Assembly: GCA_047601855.1 (NCBI GenBank)
Contig: JASGIM010000002.1
Coordinates: forward strand, 708,277 to 772,276
Direction: 5' to 3'
Source: Flavobacteriales bacterium
GTDB lineage: Bacteria; Bacteroidota; Bacteroidia; Flavobacteriales_F; PHOS-HE28
DNA length: 64,000 bases
The notes under the pieces were generated by a model. That model had not been told where the DNA came from and ran no database searches. It saw only the letters and a list, made by a program, of their open reading frames with translations. Below, piece by piece: positions 19,247 to 29,954 of this stretch (position 1 is the stretch's first letter; each line of letters begins with the position of its first letter). The position numbers and the translations under genes are program-made.

Positions 19247-20113
19247 ATGTTGACCGCGACCGCCCTTGCCCTGTTCACCCTGCTGTGCATCACCCTCAGC
19301 GATGACCTTGCGTGGGACAACGTCACCCGCTCCACACGGAACGAGCTGGTCTTCCACGAACGTCACCGCGGCTATGGCGCCTTCGTGCTGCGCCGCGACT
19401 ACGACCGCCGCTTCCTGTTCGCCCTGCTGCTCGCGTTGGGTCTCCTGGGTGGCTTGGTGGGGGCCTCCTACCTCTTCGCGCCGCAAGGCATCACAGTGGT
19501 TCCTCCGCATCACGTCGTGGACTGGGAGCTTGATCAGGTATATGACGCACCGCTTGATGCGCCAGCCCCCAAGCGCACATCCGCGCCTGCGCCAAGCACG
19601 CCCACCCCGCCCGATGCAGGCAGGGATCCCGGACCGGTCGAAGCGGGTGCGGCCGTGGATAGCATAAAGGCCGATACGCCCCCGCAGGTGGATACCGCTG
19701 CCTTCGGGGATGGCACGAACAAAGGACCGGCCGGTCCTGGATCGGATCCCGGTCCGGATGACGGAGGCACGGGTGATGGGAGTTCCAGCGGCTCGATCGG
19801 TGGCACCAGGGAGATCGCGGAGGTGGACGTGCAGCCCGAATTCCCCGGCGGTCACGCGCGCATGATGGAATACGTCCAGCGCCACATCCGCTTTCCGGAA
19901 AGCGATGGCCGTAAGCAGAAGGTCCATGTCCAATTCGTGGTGGATACGGATGGCCACGTGCTCGATGTGACCGCGAAGGGCGGTGCGCCGCGCGCGTATG
20001 CCGTGGCCGCCGAGGACGTGGTGAAGGGCATGCCCGCGTGGGTGCCCGCCATGCGCAAGGGCTACAAAGTGGCCTGCCGCTTGGTGCTCCCCATTAGCTT
20101 TGAGACCAAGTAG
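19247..20113 (+). CDS. TonB-family protein (second paralog)
   Basis: TM anchor, Pro/Ala/Gly-rich linker, and C-terminal domain EFPGGHARMMEYVQRHIRFP...KVHVQFVVDTDGHV. Start chosen at MLTATALALF. Confidence 0.75.
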   Translation: MLTATALALFTLLCITLSDDLAWDNVTRSTRNELVFHERHRGYGAFVLRRDYDRRFLFALLLALGLLGGLVGASYLFAPQGITVVPPHHVVDWELDQVYDAPLDAPAPKRTSAPAPSTPTPPDAGRDPGPVEAGAAVDSIKADTPPQVDTAAFGDGTNKGPAGPGSDPGPDDGGTGDGSSSGSIGGTREIAEVDVQPEFPGGHARMMEYVQRHIRFPESDGRKQKVHVQFVVDTDGHVLDVTAKGGAPRAYAVAAEDVVKGMPAWVPAMRKGYKVACRLVLPISFETK

Positions 20114-20122
20114 CACGGTTGG

Positions 20123-20311
20123 ATGAAGTACTTCGCCCTGATCATGAGCGCGGTCTATGCCGCCGCCGGCCTGGCGTTGCTCTTCACCAATACGGCGATC
20201 GAGCTCATTCCGCGCTTCCGCTTGCCGCTCGGCCTGTTGCTCGTGGGCTATGGCATCGTGCGCTTCGTGCTCTGGCGCCGGAAATACGCCCAACCCGACG
20301 GCGACGCGTGA
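20123..20311 (+). CDS. small two-TM membrane protein (62 aa)
   Basis: Hydrophobic ORF immediately between tonB and the pstS-like gene. Confidence 0.4.
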   Translation: MKYFALIMSAVYAAAGLALLFTNTAIELIPRFRLPLGLLLVGYGIVRFVLWRRKYAQPDGDA

Positions 20312-21258
20312 AAGGAACGTTCATCGGCCGTACCCTTTGCGCCATCGCCTTGCCCGTGCTGGTCTTGGCGCGGTGTTCCCCCGGTCCCGATCCGCGGACG
20401 GACGACACGCCCACCTTCGGGCACGTGCTCCTGTTGGCGGATGAGGACCTGAAGCCGGTGATCGAGGCCGAGCGCCTGGTGTTCGAGAGCATCTACCACA
20501 AGGCCACGCTGGACATCCGCTACCTCAACGAGGCCGCGCTGTTGAAGGCCATGCAGAACGACAGCGTGCGGTGCGTCATCAGCACCGTGGCCATCGGCGG
20601 AGAGCAGGAGGCCTACTTCCGCAAGCGGCAGATCACGCCGCCCAGCGTGCCGATATGGACGGATGCCATCGCGGTGGTGGTGAACACGTCCCGGGCATGC
20701 GATGCGCTCAGTGTACCGGCGATCAAGCAGCTGCTGCGCGACGATGTGATAGGGAACGCCGGACCGTTCTGGCGCGGTTTCGAGGCCAGCACCTCCAACG
20801 ATGTGGTACAGCCCCTGTTCGCCGGGAACGGCAGCGGTGTGGCGCGCACGCTCATTGATTCGTTGCAATTGCCCGGCCTGCGGGCCCAGGCACTGCCCGA
20901 TGTGGATTCCGTGGTGGCCACCGTGGCCCGTTATCCCCGCTGCATCGGGTTCGTGCCCTTCGGCCTCATCAGCGACCTGGACGACCCGCACATGCGCGCG
21001 CTGCGCGATCAGGTCAAGCTGCTGGCTGTCAGCAGAGCGGATGGCTCAAAGGCCGTGCTTCCGAACCAGAGCACGCTGGCCGATGGGCAATACCCGCTGA
21101 GGCGAACAGTTAACATGCTCCTTACCGAAGGCCGGTCGGGGCTTGGCACCGGTTTTGTTTCCTTTGTGGCCAATCACAAAGGACAACGCATCATCCTCAA
21201 GCGTGGCGTGGCGCCGATCAAGGTCCCGGCCCGCGACGTGGAGATCGTTCACCAGTAG
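20308..21258 (+). CDS. PstS-like phosphate-binding periplasmic protein (substrate-binding protein of the TonB cluster); GTG start
   Basis: Type-2 periplasmic binding fold motifs (VRCVISTVAIGGEQEAYF, GNGSGVARTL). Signal peptide follows the GTG at 20308. The listed ORF 20119..21258 is extended upstream. Confidence 0.65.
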   Translation: MKGTFIGRTLCAIALPVLVLARCSPGPDPRTDDTPTFGHVLLLADEDLKPVIEAERLVFESIYHKATLDIRYLNEAALLKAMQNDSVRCVISTVAIGGEQEAYFRKRQITPPSVPIWTDAIAVVVNTSRACDALSVPAIKQLLRDDVIGNAGPFWRGFEASTSNDVVQPLFAGNGSGVARTLIDSLQLPGLRAQALPDVDSVVATVARYPRCIGFVPFGLISDLDDPHMRALRDQVKLLAVSRADGSKAVLPNQSTLADGQYPLRRTVNMLLTEGRSGLGTGFVSFVANHKGQRIILKRGVAPIKVPARDVEIVHQ

Positions 21259-21261
21259 CAA

Positions 21262-22926
21262 ATGACCGTTATGCGCACCTTCCTGACGCTGGGCCTGCTC
21301 AGCGCCACGCTGGCCTCCAGCGCCCAGTCCCTCCAGGACGCGATCAAGCTCACCGACAAGGAGCAGTTCGACAAGGCCACCGCCGCCTTCAAGGCCGCCA
21401 TCGCCGCTTCCCCGCAGAACGGGGAGGCGTGGTTCTACCTGGGTGAGAACTACTTCGCCAACGACCGTACGGACAGCGCGGAATACGCCTATCGCAAAGG
21501 CATCGAGGTGAACCCCCGGTTCCCGCTGAACCATGCCGGCCTCGGCAAGGTGTTGCGCGCGAAGGGACAGAAGGACCAGGCGAACGCCCAGTTCACCGAA
21601 GCCATCGCCGCCGCCACGGACAAGGCCGCCAAGAACCCCAAGCAGCTCATCGGCGCTACCTACCGCGAAGTGGCCGAGGGGCTGATGGAAGGCAGCGACA
21701 AGGACTATGCCGCCATCCAGGCGGACCTGGACAAGGCCATCGAGCTGGACCCGAAGAACGTGGAAGCCTACATCCTGAAGGGCGATGCCTACTTCGACGC
21801 GAACCCGCGCGATGGCACCACGCCCTTGGAGAACTACAAGAAGGCCATGAACGTGGACGCGCTCAATGCGAAGCCCGTGGCCCGGAAAGGCTTCATGTAC
21901 TACCGCGCCAAGAACTTCGGCAGCGCCATCGAGGAATACAGCAACGCGATCAAGATCGACCCCATGTACGCCCCGGCCTACAGCGGCCGCGCGGAAGCCT
22001 ACTACATGAGCCGCGACTTCGACAAGGCCACGGCGGACATGAACAAGTACCTCGAGCTCAACTCGGGCAACACGAGCGCCCGCGTGCGCAATGCGCAGTT
22101 CCTCTTCCTGGTGAAGAAGTACCCCGAGAGCCTGCGCGAGATCGACGCGTTGCAGGCGCAGGGCGTGAAGAACGTGGTGCTCCAGCGCATCCGCGCCTAT
22201 GACCTCGTGGAGCAAGGCGATACCGTGAACGCCATCCCGGCGTTCGATGCCTACTTCGCCGAACAGGCCAAGGAGAAGGTGATTAGCAGCGACCTGGAAT
22301 ACTACGGCAAGGCCCTCGCGCTCCAGCACGAGGATTCGCTCGCCGGGGAGAAGTTCCTGGAAGCCGCCCGCATGGACCGGACGAAGGACCACCTCTTCAT
22401 CGAGGCCGGCAAGGCGTTCAGTAAGGCCAGGGCCTACGACAGCGCCATCAACGCCTACCGCGAGAAGATGAAGACCGGCAAGCTGGAGGTGAACGACTGG
22501 TACTACCTCGGCAACGCCGCCAACAAGGCCCGGCGTTACACCATGGCGGACAGTGCCTGGGCGGAGTACATCGTGAAGCAGCCGAACATCTACCAAGGCT
22601 ACCTCTACCGCGCCCGCGCGCAGGCCGGTCTGGATTCCGCCGAAGTGAAGACCTGGGCCGCCAAGCCGTACTACGAGGACGTGATCCGCAAGATGAAGCC
22701 CGAGGAGCAGGCCAAAGCGAAGGCCGACCTGGAGGAGGCCTACAACTACATGGGCCTGTACTACCTCTATAGCAAGGCGGACATGGACCGCGCGAAGGCC
22801 AAGTGCTTCTTCGAGAAAGTGTCCGCGCTCGGGGCCAACACCAGCATCACCAAGCAGGTGAACGAGACCTTCCTGAAAATGAAGGAGCTCAAGGACGTGA
22901 CGCCGTCGGGCTGCGACGTGCTGTAG
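21262..22926 (+). CDS. TPR-repeat protein (signal peptide)
   Basis: Multiple 34-aa TPR units (AWFYLGENYF, AYILKGDAYF, AYSGRAEAYY and others). Confidence 0.8.
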   Translation: MTVMRTFLTLGLLSATLASSAQSLQDAIKLTDKEQFDKATAAFKAAIAASPQNGEAWFYLGENYFANDRTDSAEYAYRKGIEVNPRFPLNHAGLGKVLRAKGQKDQANAQFTEAIAAATDKAAKNPKQLIGATYREVAEGLMEGSDKDYAAIQADLDKAIELDPKNVEAYILKGDAYFDANPRDGTTPLENYKKAMNVDALNAKPVARKGFMYYRAKNFGSAIEEYSNAIKIDPMYAPAYSGRAEAYYMSRDFDKATADMNKYLELNSGNTSARVRNAQFLFLVKKYPESLREIDALQAQGVKNVVLQRIRAYDLVEQGDTVNAIPAFDAYFAEQAKEKVISSDLEYYGKALALQHEDSLAGEKFLEAARMDRTKDHLFIEAGKAFSKARAYDSAINAYREKMKTGKLEVNDWYYLGNAANKARRYTMADSAWAEYIVKQPNIYQGYLYRARAQAGLDSAEVKTWAAKPYYEDVIRKMKPEEQAKAKADLEEAYNYMGLYYLYSKADMDRAKAKCFFEKVSALGANTSITKQVNETFLKMKELKDVTPSGCDVL

Positions 22927-22946
22927 CCGGATCCCGATCATCATCA

Positions 22947-22982
22947 GGCGCGGGGCGCTGGACCTTGGTCCAGCGCCCCGTG
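22947..22982 (+). terminator. GC-rich hairpin terminator after the TPR gene
   Basis: GCGGGGCGCTGGACC / GGTCCAGCGCCCCG inverted repeat 20 nt after the stop. Confidence 0.55.
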
Positions 22983-22990
22983 AGCATACC

Positions 22991-23020
22991 ATGCCGGGCT
23001 TGACCCGGCATCGCGCAAAG
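22991..23020 (+). repeat. 30-nt hairpin motif ATGCCGGGCTTGACCCGGCATCGCGCAAAG (copy 1)
   Basis: 29 of 30 identical to the reverse complement of 34761..34790. Internal 8-bp stem ATGCCGGG/CCCGGCAT. Confidence 0.6.
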
Positions 23021-23121
23021 ACTGACGCGCATTACGGGTCCTTCAAGCTACCAGGCCCGGCGATCGAGCGCGAGGAATGCCGTCCTGTTCGGGGCCGCCA
23101 CCTACATTCGCCCACCCCGCC

Positions 23122-24357
23122 ATGTCGAAGAGCAACCGCCTCACCGTCTGGATCCTCATCGCCATGGTGCTGGGGATCGTGGTGGGCTATGCCTACCGCC
23201 GCCAGGTGGCGGATACCGACAGCCTCAAGGCCTTTGCCGAAGGGCTTTCCGTGCTCACGGACATCTTCCTGCGCCTGGTGAAGATGATCATCGCGCCGCT
23301 GGTGTTCAGCACGCTGGTGGTGGGCATCGCGAAGCTCGGCGACCTGAGGACCGTGGGCCGCGTCGGCGGACGCGCGCTGGCCTGGTTCATGTCCGCCTCG
23401 CTCGTATCGCTGCTGCTCGGCATGCTGCTGGTGAACGTGCTGCATCCCGGCGTGGGCCTGCACCTGAGCGCGGACACCAGCGGCGCGCAGGACGTGATCG
23501 GCAAGACGCAGGGCTTCACGTTGAAGACCTTCATCGAGCACGTGTTCCCCAAGAGCATCATTGAATCCATGGCCACCAACGAGGTGCTGCAGATCGTGGT
23601 GTTCAGCATCTTCTTCGGCGTGGCCTGCGCCAGCATCGGCGACTACGCGAAGCCCGTGGTGCACTTCCTGGAAAGCGTGGCGCACGTGATTCTGAAGATG
23701 GTGGGCTACGTGATGAACTTCGCGCCCCTCGGCGTGTTCGGCGCGGTGGCCGCGGTGATCGCCTTGCGCGGCCTCGGCGTGCTGCGGACCTACGCGGTCT
23801 ACATCACGGAGTTCTACCTCGGCCTGGCCGTGCTGTGGGCCGTGCTGCTGCTGGCGGGCTATGCCGTGCTGGGCGGGCGGATGAAGGAACTGCTGCGGCG
23901 CATCATCCAGCCGATTACCATCGCGTTCAGCACCACGAGCTCCGAGGCCGTGATGCCCAAGCTGATGGAGGAGCTCGAGCGCTTCGGCTGCAAGGACCGC
24001 GTGGTGAGCTTCGTGCTGCCGCTGGGCTACAGCTTCAACCTCGACGGCAGCATGATGTACATGACCTTCGCGAGCCTCTTCATCGCGCAGGTGTATGGGA
24101 TCCACATGCCGCTGGGCGCGCAGCTCACCATGCTCCTCACGCTCATGCTCACCAGCAAGGGCATCGCCGGGGAGCCGCGGGCCTCGCTCGTGGTGGTGGC
24201 CGCCACGCTGGGCATGTTCGGCGTGCCGGTGGAAGGCATCGCGCTCATCCTGCCCATCGACCACTTCTGCGACATGGGCCGCAGCGCCACCAACGTGCTC
24301 GGCAACGCCGTGGCCACCAGCGTGGTGAGCAAGTGGGAAGGGGACCTGTCGCACTGA
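23122..24357 (+). CDS. gltP: dicarboxylate/amino acid:cation symporter (DAACS family, GltP/DctA-like)
   Basis: Motifs GTALYEAVAA-like (SSEAVMPK), AGIPQAGLVT-like (TSKGIAGEPRASLVVVAATLG) and an 8-TM profile. Start at MSKSNRL. Confidence 0.85.
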   Translation: MSKSNRLTVWILIAMVLGIVVGYAYRRQVADTDSLKAFAEGLSVLTDIFLRLVKMIIAPLVFSTLVVGIAKLGDLRTVGRVGGRALAWFMSASLVSLLLGMLLVNVLHPGVGLHLSADTSGAQDVIGKTQGFTLKTFIEHVFPKSIIESMATNEVLQIVVFSIFFGVACASIGDYAKPVVHFLESVAHVILKMVGYVMNFAPLGVFGAVAAVIALRGLGVLRTYAVYITEFYLGLAVLWAVLLLAGYAVLGGRMKELLRRIIQPITIAFSTTSSEAVMPKLMEELERFGCKDRVVSFVLPLGYSFNLDGSMMYMTFASLFIAQVYGIHMPLGAQLTMLLTLMLTSKGIAGEPRASLVVVAATLGMFGVPVEGIALILPIDHFCDMGRSATNVLGNAVATSVVSKWEGDLSH

Positions 24358-24384
24358 TCGTCCCGTTCCGTCGTTCAATGCATC

Positions 24385-24869
24385 ATGCGGGCATGGATAT
24401 GGATCGCGGTGGCATTGGCGGTGGAGGGCAAAGGGCAGGTCTTCCGGACGATCATTGATACGAGCGGCTCCGGGTCGATCGAGCGGGTCGCTATGCTTCA
24501 CGTGGACACAAGCATGGCTGCTGCCTCACGGGTATTCGCGAGCGATCCTGCGGGTGCGGAGATCTACCTCAACGGAAATGGCCAGGTGCGCCGCGCATAC
24601 CTGTCCGTGGAAGATGAACGGGAGCGGATCGTCATGGAGTGGTTCGATTCCGGACAGTTGGCTTCCGTAGAGATCGACCGGGGCAATGGCTTGAAAGGCT
24701 CTCTGAAGAACTGGTACGAGGACGGGTGACCACGTCTGTATGTCGAGCTTGCAATGGTATGCTGCATGGCCGCGCACGCGAATGGGACAAGGATGGGCGG
24801 CTTATTCGGGACGAACGTTACCGCAAAGGACGGCTGACGGCCGCCCGCCTGAAAGGCCCACGGTTTTGA
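24385..24869 (+). pseudogene. MORN-repeat / YwqK-like secreted protein, disrupted by an in-frame TGA and a -1 shift
   Basis: Frame 1 reads ...GLKGSLKNWYEDG*PRLYVELA. Frame 0 continues NGMLHGRAREWDKDGRLIRDERYRKGRL, a MORN unit. Two lesions within 60 nt. Confidence 0.4.
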
Positions 24870-24885
24870 AGCAGAGGCGCCCTGC

Positions 24886-26252
24886 TCAGAGCAGCCACGC
24901 CGGCCAAAGGCCGAAGCCCACCACGGCCACGCCGCAGATGCTGATCACCAGCCAGTTCACCGGGCTCACCACCAGCGTGGTATCCGTTTCCGCGGGTGTA
25001 AAGGCCTCGCGGATCACCAGCACGTAGTAGTAGATGCCCACCACGGCCATCGCCACGGCGAAGAGCGTGGTCTTGATGAAGCCCGCGGCGATCGCCAGTT
25101 GGAAGACCTGGTATTTCGCGATGAACCCGGCGGTCGATCGGAATGCCCGCCAGCGACAGCAGCAACAGCATGGTGACGATGCCCAGCCAGGGCCGCGCGC
25201 GCAGCAGCCCGCGGAAGATGCGGATGTTCTCATCGCCGTTCGCGGCGCGCTTCGCCAGGGTCAGCACCATGAACAGACCCACCGTGGCCAGCGCATAGGT
25301 GAACGTGTAGTAGAAGAGCACCTGGCCGGTGTACGGGCTGTTGCTCAGCACGGCCATCAGCAGGAAGCCGCTGTGCGCGATGCTCGAGTAGGCCATCAGG
25401 CGCTTGAACTGGCTCTGGCGCAGGGCCACCACGTTGCCGATGAACAGCGTCAGCACGGTCATCAGCAACAGCGTCTTGCCCAGCGCGTCGGGCATCGGCG
25501 TCATGTTCACGAAGCGGTACATCGCCACGAAGGCGGCGGTCTTCACCACGGTGGCCATGAAGGCGGTGACCAGCGTGGGCGCGCCCTCATACACGTCGGG
25601 GCTCCAGAAGTGGAAGGGCACCGCCGCGATCTTGAAGGATAGCCCGACGGCCACGAAGAAGAGCCCGAGCACGAAGAGCGTTTCCGGATGCGCCACGTGG
25701 CGCTGCGCGTAGTCCTTCACCTGCGCCAGGTCGAAGGAGGCCGTCATCCCGTAGATCAGCGCAATGCCCATCAGGAAGAAGGCCGTGGCGAAGGAACCCA
25801 GCAGGAAATACTTGAACGAAGCCTCGCCGCTGCGGTAGCTGTGCCGCTTGCCGCCCGCCAGCACGTAGAGGGGGATGCTCAGGATCCTCGATGCCCAGGA
25901 AGAGCATCAGCAGGTTGGTGTAGCTCGTGAGCAGGAAGGCGCCCGTGAGCGAGAACACCATCAGCGCGTAGTGCTCCGCCACGTGCTCGGTCATCCGCTC
26001 GTAGTAGTCGATGCCGAAGAGGAACAGCAGCACGGTGATCACGATCATCGCGCAGTTGAACATGATGCTGAGCCGGTCGAACCCGACCATGTGCCCGAAG
26101 TAGGGCATATCCACGTGGTAGCCGCTCCAGAACAGGCCCATGGCGGCCAGCAGGCCCACGATGCCCACCGGGGCCAGGAGCTTCTTGTTGCCGAAGAGCC
26201 CCAGGTAGAGCAGCAGCACGCCGAGGACGGAAGTGAGGATCAGCGCGCTCAT
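24886..26252 (-). CDS. nuoN: NADH-quinone oxidoreductase subunit N (two +1 frame breaks in this sequence, near 25139 and 25886)
   Basis: Three ORF pieces (25587..26252, 24818..25864, 24886..25233) join into a colinear NuoN: MSALILTSVLG...LFLGIE|ILSIPLYVLAGGKRHS...LLSLAGIP|STAGFIAKYQVF. Confidence 0.85.
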
Positions 26253-26253
26253 C

Positions 26254-27715
26254 TCAGTTCATCGCGGTGAAGGTGGACAGCATTGCCTGCACGGGACCGT
26301 TCACCAGGTCCAGGATCGGCGCCGGATAGATGCCCAGCACGAGCGTGATGGCGATCAAGGGCACCAGGAAGAAGTGGTCCTCGCCGTCGGCATCGTTCAT
26401 GTCCAGTTTCCAGCGGTCCGGCCCCAGCATCACGCGCTGGTAGGCATAGAGCATGTAGATGGCGCCCAGCACGATGGTGATCACGGCGGCGAAGGTCATC
26501 CAGCCGGTGGCGTCGCGCTGCCACAGCCCGTTGAACATCAGCCATTCGCCCACGAAGCTCTGCGTGAGCGGCAGCGCCACCCCGTTCACCACCACCAGGA
26601 GGAAGAGCGCGGCCAGCCGCGGGGCGCGCAGCTTCATGCCCCCCATGGTGCTCAGCTCGCTGCTGCCGGTGCGGTCCTTCACCGCGCCCACGATGTAGAA
26701 CAGGCAGATCACCAGCACCGCGTGGGCGAAGGCCTGGTAGAGCGATCCGCTCACGCCGTAGCTGTTCCACGCGAAGAGGCCCGCGCACAACAGCCCGCCG
26801 TGGCTGAGCGAGGAATAGGCCACCAGCCGCTTCAGGTCGCGCTGCCGGAAGGCGATCACCCCGGCATAGAGCGCGCCGATGATGCTGAGCCAGATCACCG
26901 TGTCGCGCCAGTACCCCACGCCCAAGGGCACGATGGGGAACACGAACTTCAGCATGCCGTACAGGCCCATCTTCAGCATCACGCCGGCCAGCACCATGGT
27001 GCCTTGCAGCGGCGCCATCGTGTAGGTGTCCGGCTGCCAGCTGTGGAAGGGGAAGATGGGCAGCTTGATCCGCGAAGGCCAGGAACAGCGCCCAGAACAG
27101 CCAGATCTGCACGTCCAGCGGCAGGTGCAGGCCGGCCAGCGCGCTGAGGTCCGCGTTGTGCGGCTCGGTCTGCACCACGCAGTAGGCGATGCCGAAGAGC
27201 AGCGCCAGGCCGCCCAGCAGTGTGTAGATGAAGAAGCGCACGGTGATGGCCCGGCGCCGCTCGCCGCCCCAGTAGAGCAGCAGGAAGAACACCGGCAGCA
27301 GCGCCAGTTCGTAGAAGATGTAGAAGAGGAAGGCGTTCTGCGCCACGAACACCGCCAGCAGGAAGCTCTGTGCGTACAGCAGCAGCGCGTTCACCATGGA
27401 CGGGTGGGTGAGCTGCTGCTTGAAGCCCGTGCCGATGATGAAGGGGAAGGTCACCGCCGTCAGCAACAGCATCAGCAGGCCCACGCCGTCGTACCCGAAG
27501 GTGAACCGGAGCCCCCAGGCCGGCACCCAGTCGCGGGAGATGGCCAGCACGGGAGCGCCGGTGTAGCTGTACCACAGCCACAGCACCATGCCCAGGGTCA
27601 CCAGGGTGGAGGTGAGGGCGATGCCCCGCGCGGCCGCGGTGGGCCGGGCCAGCACCAGGAACGTGGCGGCCAGGAACGGAACGAGCAGGAGGATCAGCAG
27701 CACCATCTCATGCAC
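26254..27715 (-). CDS. nuoM: NADH-quinone oxidoreductase subunit M (one +1 frame break near 27070)
   Basis: ORF 26249..27715 N-terminus ...WLFWALFLAFA joins ORF 26254..27018 IKLPIFPFHSWQPDTYTMAPLQGTMVLAG..., a canonical NuoM. Confidence 0.85.
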
Positions 27716-29628
27716 CGTATAGGGTCAACAGCAGGAACACGATGATGCCGGCCACCATGCCGAACAGGTAGAAGCTGGCGTTGCCCGTCTGCAGGCGCCG
27801 CGCCATCTTGCCCGCGCGCAGGGTGATGTTGCCCACCCCGTTCATCAGCGGCACCATCACCTTGTTCTCCCCGAAGGTGAACAGGGTGGTGCTGAGCCAG
27901 CCGTAGGGTTTCTCGAAGAGCTTCGCGTACAGCTCGTCGATGTAGTACTTGTTCGCGATCAGGCGCTTGAGGAACGGCATGTCCGCCGTGGCACCATCGA
28001 GCTCGGCCTTCTTGCCGAAGCGGCCGTACGCGTAATAGATGGTCAGCAGCACCAGCGCCGTGCTCAGGCCCATCAGGCCCCATTCCAGGGTGGCGCTCAG
28101 TTCCAGGTGCTCGCCGGAGATGCCGTCCGCTGCCGTGGCCAGGTAATGCTTCATGGCCTCATGGCCGCCGAAGAGGTGGGGCAGGTTGAGCAGCCCGCCG
28201 CCGATGCTCAGCACCGCCAGCACCACCAGCGGGATGGTGATGGTGGCCGGGCTCTCGTGCGGGTGCGCCGTGCCGCGGTAGCTGCCGAAGAAGGTGAGGT
28301 ACAGCAGCCGGAACATGTAGAAGGTGGTGAGCAGCGCGCCGAAGAGCAGCAGCGCGTAGATCACCGGGGAATGGGCATAGGCATGCGCCAGGATCGCGTC
28401 CTTGCTGAAGAAGCCGCTCAGCGGCACGATGCCGGAGATCGCCAGCGTGCCGATCAGGAAGGTGGCATAGGTGATCTTCAGCTCCTTCCGCAGGCCGCCC
28501 ATCTTGCGGATGTCCTGTTCACCGCCCACCGCGTGGATCACGCTGCCGGCGCCGAGGAAGAGCAGCGCCTTGAAGAAGGCGTGCGTGGTGACGTGGAACA
28601 TGCCCGCGCTGTAGGCGCCCAGGCCCAGGGCCACGAACATGTAGCCCAGCTGGCTCACCGTGGAGTAGGCGAGCACCTTCTTGATGTCGTTCTGGAACAG
28701 GCCGATGCTCGCCGCCAGCAGCGCCGTGGCCAGGCCGATGTAGAGGATGACGTCCTTCGTGAACGGGGCCAGCTCATACAGCACCGAACTGCGCACCACC
28801 AGGAAGATGCCGGCCGTCACCATGGTCGCGGCGTGGATCAGCGCGCTCACGGGAGTGGGGCCCGCCATGGCGTCCGGCAGCCAGGTGAACAACGGGATCT
28901 GCGCGCTCTTGCCCATGGCGCCCACGAACAGCAGCAGCGTGGCGGCCATGATCAGCGTGTTGCCCATGCCCATCCGTGGCGCCTGGCCCATGATGGTGGT
29001 GTAATCCAGCGTGCCGAACAGGTGGAACAGCAGCGCCAGGGCCAGCACCACGCCCACGTCGCCGATCCGGTTCATCACGAAGGCCTTGCGCGCGGCGTAG
29101 TTGTACTCCGGGTTGGTGTACCAGAAGCCGATCAGCAGGTAGCTGCACAGGCCCACGCCTTCCCAGCCGATGAAGGTGACCAGGTAATTGGCCCCCATCA
29201 CCAGCAGCAGCATGGCGAAGGTGAACAGGTTGAGCTGCGCGAAGAAGGTGGTCACCCGCGCGTCGTCGTGCATGTAGCCGATCGAGTACAGGTGGATCGA
29301 GCGTGCCCACCCCGGTCACGATCAGCATCATCGTCAGCGAGAGGGCATCGAGCTGGAAGGCGAAGGGGATCCGCATGCCTCCCACCTTGATCCAATCGAA
29401 CAGCGTGACGATGCGCACGCCTGGATGCCAATTCTGTAGGACAACATCCGTCGGAGGGGTGTTGTGTTCAAGGAACAACAACACGCTACAGATGAAAGCT
29501 CCGGCGACCATTGATGTGCCAAGGATGCCACCCGCATTTCCTTTCAAAGTGCGGCGAAGTGCGGCAAGAACGATCGCGCCGAAAAGCGGAAGTCCAGGAA
29601 CAAGTGCAGCGAGGACCGGTGTCACCAT
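27708..29628 (-). CDS. nuoL: NADH-quinone oxidoreductase subunit L (one +1 frame break near 29298)
   Basis: ORF 28774..29628 ...LIVTGVGTL joins ORF 27708..29273 via IHLYSIGYMHDDARVTTFFAQLNLF, the conserved NuoL motif. Confidence 0.85.
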
Positions 29629-29951
29629 TTCAAGCGGTTCAAGCGGTTGATGTCCACACTGTCCACGTTACGCTTCATCATCACCAGGATGGCCAGGCCC
29701 ACGGTCACTTCCGCCGCCGCCACCAGCATGATGAAGAACACGAACACCTGCCCGGAGGGGTCGCTATGGTGCGCGCTGAAGGCGGCCAGCAGCAGGTTCA
29801 CGCTGTTGAACATCAGCTCCAGGCACATCAGGATGATGATCGTGTTCCGGCGGAACAGCGCCCCGGCCAGCCCGATGCTGAACAGGATGAAGCTGAGGTA
29901 CACGTATTGCTCCAACGGCACGACCTGGATGGCAGTGGTGATCTTGTCCAT
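29622..29951 (-). CDS. nuoK: NADH-quinone oxidoreductase subunit K
   Basis: 109 aa, 3 TM, MCLELMFNSVNLLLAAFS motif. Confidence 0.85.
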   Translation of the reverse strand: MDKITTAIQVVPLEQYVYLSFILFSIGLAGALFRRNTIIILMCLELMFNSVNLLLAAFSAHHSDPSGQVFVFFIMLVAAAEVTVGLAILVMMKRNVDSVDINRLNRLKW

Positions 29952-29954
29952 CGA

